From an uncultured Chlamydiae bacterium (GTDB lineage: Bacteria; Chlamydiota; Chlamydiia; Chlamydiales; JAJFMA01): a stretch of 64,000 nucleotides of DNA. The stretch lies in assembly GCA_963713615.1 (NCBI GenBank), contig CAVQMM010000001.1:3712001-3776000 (forward strand). The letters are read 5' to 3'. The notes beneath the pieces were generated by a model that had not been told where the DNA came from, made no database searches, and saw only the letters and a list, made by a program, of their open reading frames with translations. The position numbers were made by a program, and so were the translations under genes. Numbering within the stretch: position 1 is the first letter of the stretch; each line of letters starts with the position of its first letter. Positions 61,008 to 64,000 of the stretch are shown one piece after another.

Positions 61008-62732
61008 ATGAGTGAACTAGACGCGACCCCCCCAGCAGAGCAAGAAAACCCCAATCCGGCTGTAGAGCCCGGACCAGACGAGTCGCGTGAGGAAGCCTCA
61101 AGCCCCACTGTGCATGAAGGTTCTGGGCATTCCGAGGAGACGTCTGCTGACGAAGGCGGTGATGCGTCCAGAGGATCTGAACGGCGCGATAGTGTGGGGT
61201 TGGAAGCTGCGTTGGTTGAGATCAACAAGTGCGACAATATCGATGCTAAGGTGGAGCGCACCATTGAGCTGATGGAGCAGTCTATTGCACAGACAGGAGC
61301 ACCCCATTTCAAGACTTTCTGGGAGCTGCGTAAGCTTGCTTTGGAGTATTTCAAAGAAAACGTCACACCAGCTTTGCGCCTTCAGTTATGGGGGCGATAT
61401 ACTGAGTTGACCAAAGAAGCCCGTCGACTTAAAGAGATCCTCGATGAGCAGACAGCCTTTGCTGTGGAGCAGATTGAGATCGCTATTAAGGCCTTGGAAG
61501 ACGAATTGGAAGCCTTCCAAGAACGTCTGGAGAAGGCTCCACAAGTCGATTTTGGGGCTAGAAGTGCGACTGTGGAGGAGCGCGAGGAGTTCTATCGTTC
61601 GCGGCAACGTGAGCTGCATTTGCTGAACGCTGAAGCCACACGCATTAATGTGCTGCGCAAAGAACTGATCAAAACAGACATGCGTGTGCGTCAGAAGAAC
61701 AAGTTTTTTCAGAGGCTATCTGCAGCCGGTGACCGTGTTTTTCCTCGGCGTAAAGACCTCATCAGAGAAGTTAGCGACACGTTCATTAGCGACATCGAAG
61801 CATTTGTTACCAAGTATTTTTCTACGCCTGAGTCAGAGGATTCGCTCTTCTTCTTGCGAGAGGAGATCAAGGCCTTGCAGACTGTCGCCAAAGTCCTCAC
61901 CCTTAATACACGTTCCTTTACACTCACACGCACGAAGCTGAGCGAGTGTTGGGAGAAGCTCAAAGTTCTGGAGAAAGAACGCAAGAAAGAGCGTGTCAAG
62001 AAAAAGGCGCAGTATCGTCAGCATTTTGATGCATTATTTCAGAAAATTGAAGAGGTCTCTAAAGCCTTTGGAGCCGGTACCCTGTCCATTAACGAAGCTA
62101 ACAAGCAACTCGATGCTATTAGTGGCGAGATGCGTTCCGTCGAGCTAGGTCGTGAGGAAGTCTTTGAACTTCGCGAAAAGCTACAAGAAGCTGGCAAGCC
62201 GATTAGAGACAAGGTTCGTCAGGGCGAGGCAGACCGTAAGAGAGGTGAGCAACAGAAGGAAGAGGCACGCCGTGCCAAAGTAATATCACTTCGCGAGCGT
62301 ATCGAAGCGCTCTTTAATGGCGACTCTTCTCAGACTGTCGAAGCGATCACCATTGAACGCGATGCCATTCTAGCCGAACTGACCGACAAAGCGATTTCTC
62401 GATCCGAGCGTGTGGAGCTCGAACGGCAGCTTAAGCCCGTACGCGATTTAATTGCTGATCGGCGTGCGCAGGCTCTAATGAATTTATCGCAGGACGATCA
62501 AGACACCTTGAATCAGTTGCGGGAGATCCATAAGGAACGCCTTGCCCTACGGCAGGAAATTAAGGCTCAGTTAGAGCATTACCGTAAAACCTTAGGTTCT
62601 TCGGGGCTTGACTTTGAACAAGCAATGCAGTACCACGAACAGCAGCGCTTGGAAAAGGAGCGGCTCGAGCGGGCCGATCACTCTCTCCGAGAGATTGAAG
62701 AGAAAATTACGCAGCTAGAGGCCAAAATATAA
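61008..62732 (+). CDS. Chlamydial coiled-coil hypothetical protein (CT768-like)
   Basis: Acidic N-terminus and a long helical body. Its position after miaA/mqnC matches the chlamydial gene order as I recall it. Confidence 0.75.
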   Translation: MSELDATPPAEQENPNPAVEPGPDESREEASSPTVHEGSGHSEETSADEGGDASRGSERRDSVGLEAALVEINKCDNIDAKVERTIELMEQSIAQTGAPHFKTFWELRKLALEYFKENVTPALRLQLWGRYTELTKEARRLKEILDEQTAFAVEQIEIAIKALEDELEAFQERLEKAPQVDFGARSATVEEREEFYRSRQRELHLLNAEATRINVLRKELIKTDMRVRQKNKFFQRLSAAGDRVFPRRKDLIREVSDTFISDIEAFVTKYFSTPESEDSLFFLREEIKALQTVAKVLTLNTRSFTLTRTKLSECWEKLKVLEKERKKERVKKKAQYRQHFDALFQKIEEVSKAFGAGTLSINEANKQLDAISGEMRSVELGREEVFELREKLQEAGKPIRDKVRQGEADRKRGEQQKEEARRAKVISLRERIEALFNGDSSQTVEAITIERDAILAELTDKAISRSERVELERQLKPVRDLIADRRAQALMNLSQDDQDTLNQLREIHKERLALRQEIKAQLEHYRKTLGSSGLDFEQAMQYHEQQRLEKERLERADHSLREIEEKITQLEAKI

Positions 62733-62744
62733 GAAGGTCGGTCA

Positions 62745-63392
62745 GTGGGTGCTTTTGTTGATGCTTTTGATCTGGATCACACCTTAATTACTGTCAACGC
62801 CAGCTTTCGTTTTGGCACTTATCTTTTTCGTAAGAAAGTGTTCAATCTTTTTACTATGATCTCCCTAATTACTTATTATGGACGTTATAAGTTTTTTGGC
62901 ATGCCGGTGCTTGAACTTCATCATAAATCTTTTCGGAAGCTATTCGCTGGGCGGCTTAGACAGCAAGTAATCCAGCATGTGGAAGACTTCTTAGACGAGT
63001 ATCTGCACACCTTATTTTATGCTCCAGCGGTAGAACGTCTACGTCTTGCACAGCAAGAGCAGCATGTTACCGCCATCTTTTCCAGCTCGCCGGATTTTCT
63101 GGTGGCACCGATAGCGCGCAGGCTTGGAGTGCATCATTGGCGGGCCTCACGCTATGCGGTGAATAGTTGTGGGGCTTTTGAAACCATTAAGGACGTTCTT
63201 CAGGGCGAAGAAAAAGCGACTCTTTTAAGCGCTCTCGTAGAAGATTTAGGAGTTGGCCTCGATGCGGCCACTGTCTACTCTGATAGTGTTCTGGATTTGC
63301 CATTTCTTAAGGCTGCAGGCAAAGCTGTCGCTGTCAACCCCGATAAGACCCTGCGAGCTGTATCAAGACAACAGGGTTGGGAAGTCATCTAG
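62745..63392 (+). CDS. HAD-IB family hydrolase
   Basis: FDLDHTL, SSS and YSDSVLDLPFL...AVNPD motifs. Confidence 0.9.
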   Translation: MGAFVDAFDLDHTLITVNASFRFGTYLFRKKVFNLFTMISLITYYGRYKFFGMPVLELHHKSFRKLFAGRLRQQVIQHVEDFLDEYLHTLFYAPAVERLRLAQQEQHVTAIFSSSPDFLVAPIARRLGVHHWRASRYAVNSCGAFETIKDVLQGEEKATLLSALVEDLGVGLDAATVYSDSVLDLPFLKAAGKAVAVNPDKTLRAVSRQQGWEVI

Positions 63393-63485
63393 TTTGTTAA
63401 GAGGGTTTGACAGCGGTTCCTGTGCGAAAAGAATTCGAATTGTGCCGACTCCAACTTTGTAAACACCCTCTGGGAGGAGAAAGTC

Positions 63486-64000
63486 ATGAATGTACGTACG
63501 AAGGCCCTAGAGGTCATCAGTAATCGTTCGACCAATCATTCGAGCCAAAATGGTAAGGAACGCCAGAATCCCGCCGATAGCTTTGGAGCACATGTCTTTA
63601 ATCGATCGGTCATGCAGCGTATGCTTCCCCCTAGTGTCTATGAGAATGTCATCAACGCTATGGAAGGCCGGGAAAAGATAAAAACGGAAAATTCCGATGT
63701 CATCGCAGGGGCCATGAAGGATTGGGCCATCGGACTGGGGGCTACTCACTATACCCATTGGTTTCAGCCTTTAACGGGTATGTCAGCCGAAAAGCATGAT
63801 GCGTTCATCGATTGGCATTCTCCCGATAGAGTCATTGAGCGCTTTGTGGGGCATCAGCTCCTTCAGGGTGAACCAGATGCTTCTTCTTTTCCCTCCGGAG
63901 GCCTACGCAGTACCTTTGAGGCACGCGGCTATACAGGTTGGGATCCTTCGTCTCCGGTATTTGTCTGGAAAACACCTTCTGGGGTCACTCTGTGCGTGCC
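63486..64000 (+). CDS. glnN: Glutamine synthetase type III (runs off the right edge)
   Basis: Not in the ORF track. The frame from ATG 63486 contains [19 protein letters not shown] and [32 protein letters not shown]. Confidence 0.93.
   Translation, partial: MNVRTKALEVISNRSTNHSSQNGKERQNPADSFGAHVFNRSVMQRMLPPSVYENVINAMEGREKIKTENSDVIAGAMKDWAIGLGATHYTHWFQPLTGMSAEKHDAFIDWHSPDRVIERFVGHQLLQGEPDASSFPSGGLRSTFEARGYTGWDPSSPVFVWKTPSGVTLCV

Overview
This 64-kb window looks like part of an environmental Chlamydiae (Parachlamydiales-like) chromosome. That call rests on the fused murC-ddl next to murG and ftsQ, the valS-pknD-uvrA and rsbV-miaA-mqnC gene order, and many orphan effector- or Inc-like proteins. 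Housekeeping genes are interleaved with one ISAs1, one IS66 (apparently with fused tnpA-tnpB), one IS607 (serine recombinase plus an atypical large TnpB), an IS110 remnant, a phage terminase fragment and four copies of a 160-bp MITE, three of them with 8-bp target duplications. The most striking feature is a dense set of at least eight families of short palindromic elements. They sit at gene 3' ends and nest inside each other like Russian dolls, and in several places their paired arms enclose foreign cargo: a 4-kb island carrying DUF3800 with a putative ncRNA, ISAs1 and a terminase; an HTH gene; and IS66. Two ORFs running off the window edges, a >948-aa orphan and glutamine synthetase III, are missing from the ORF track. 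No CRISPR array, rRNA or tRNA was recognised. All protein calls come from motif recognition by eye, with no database searches.
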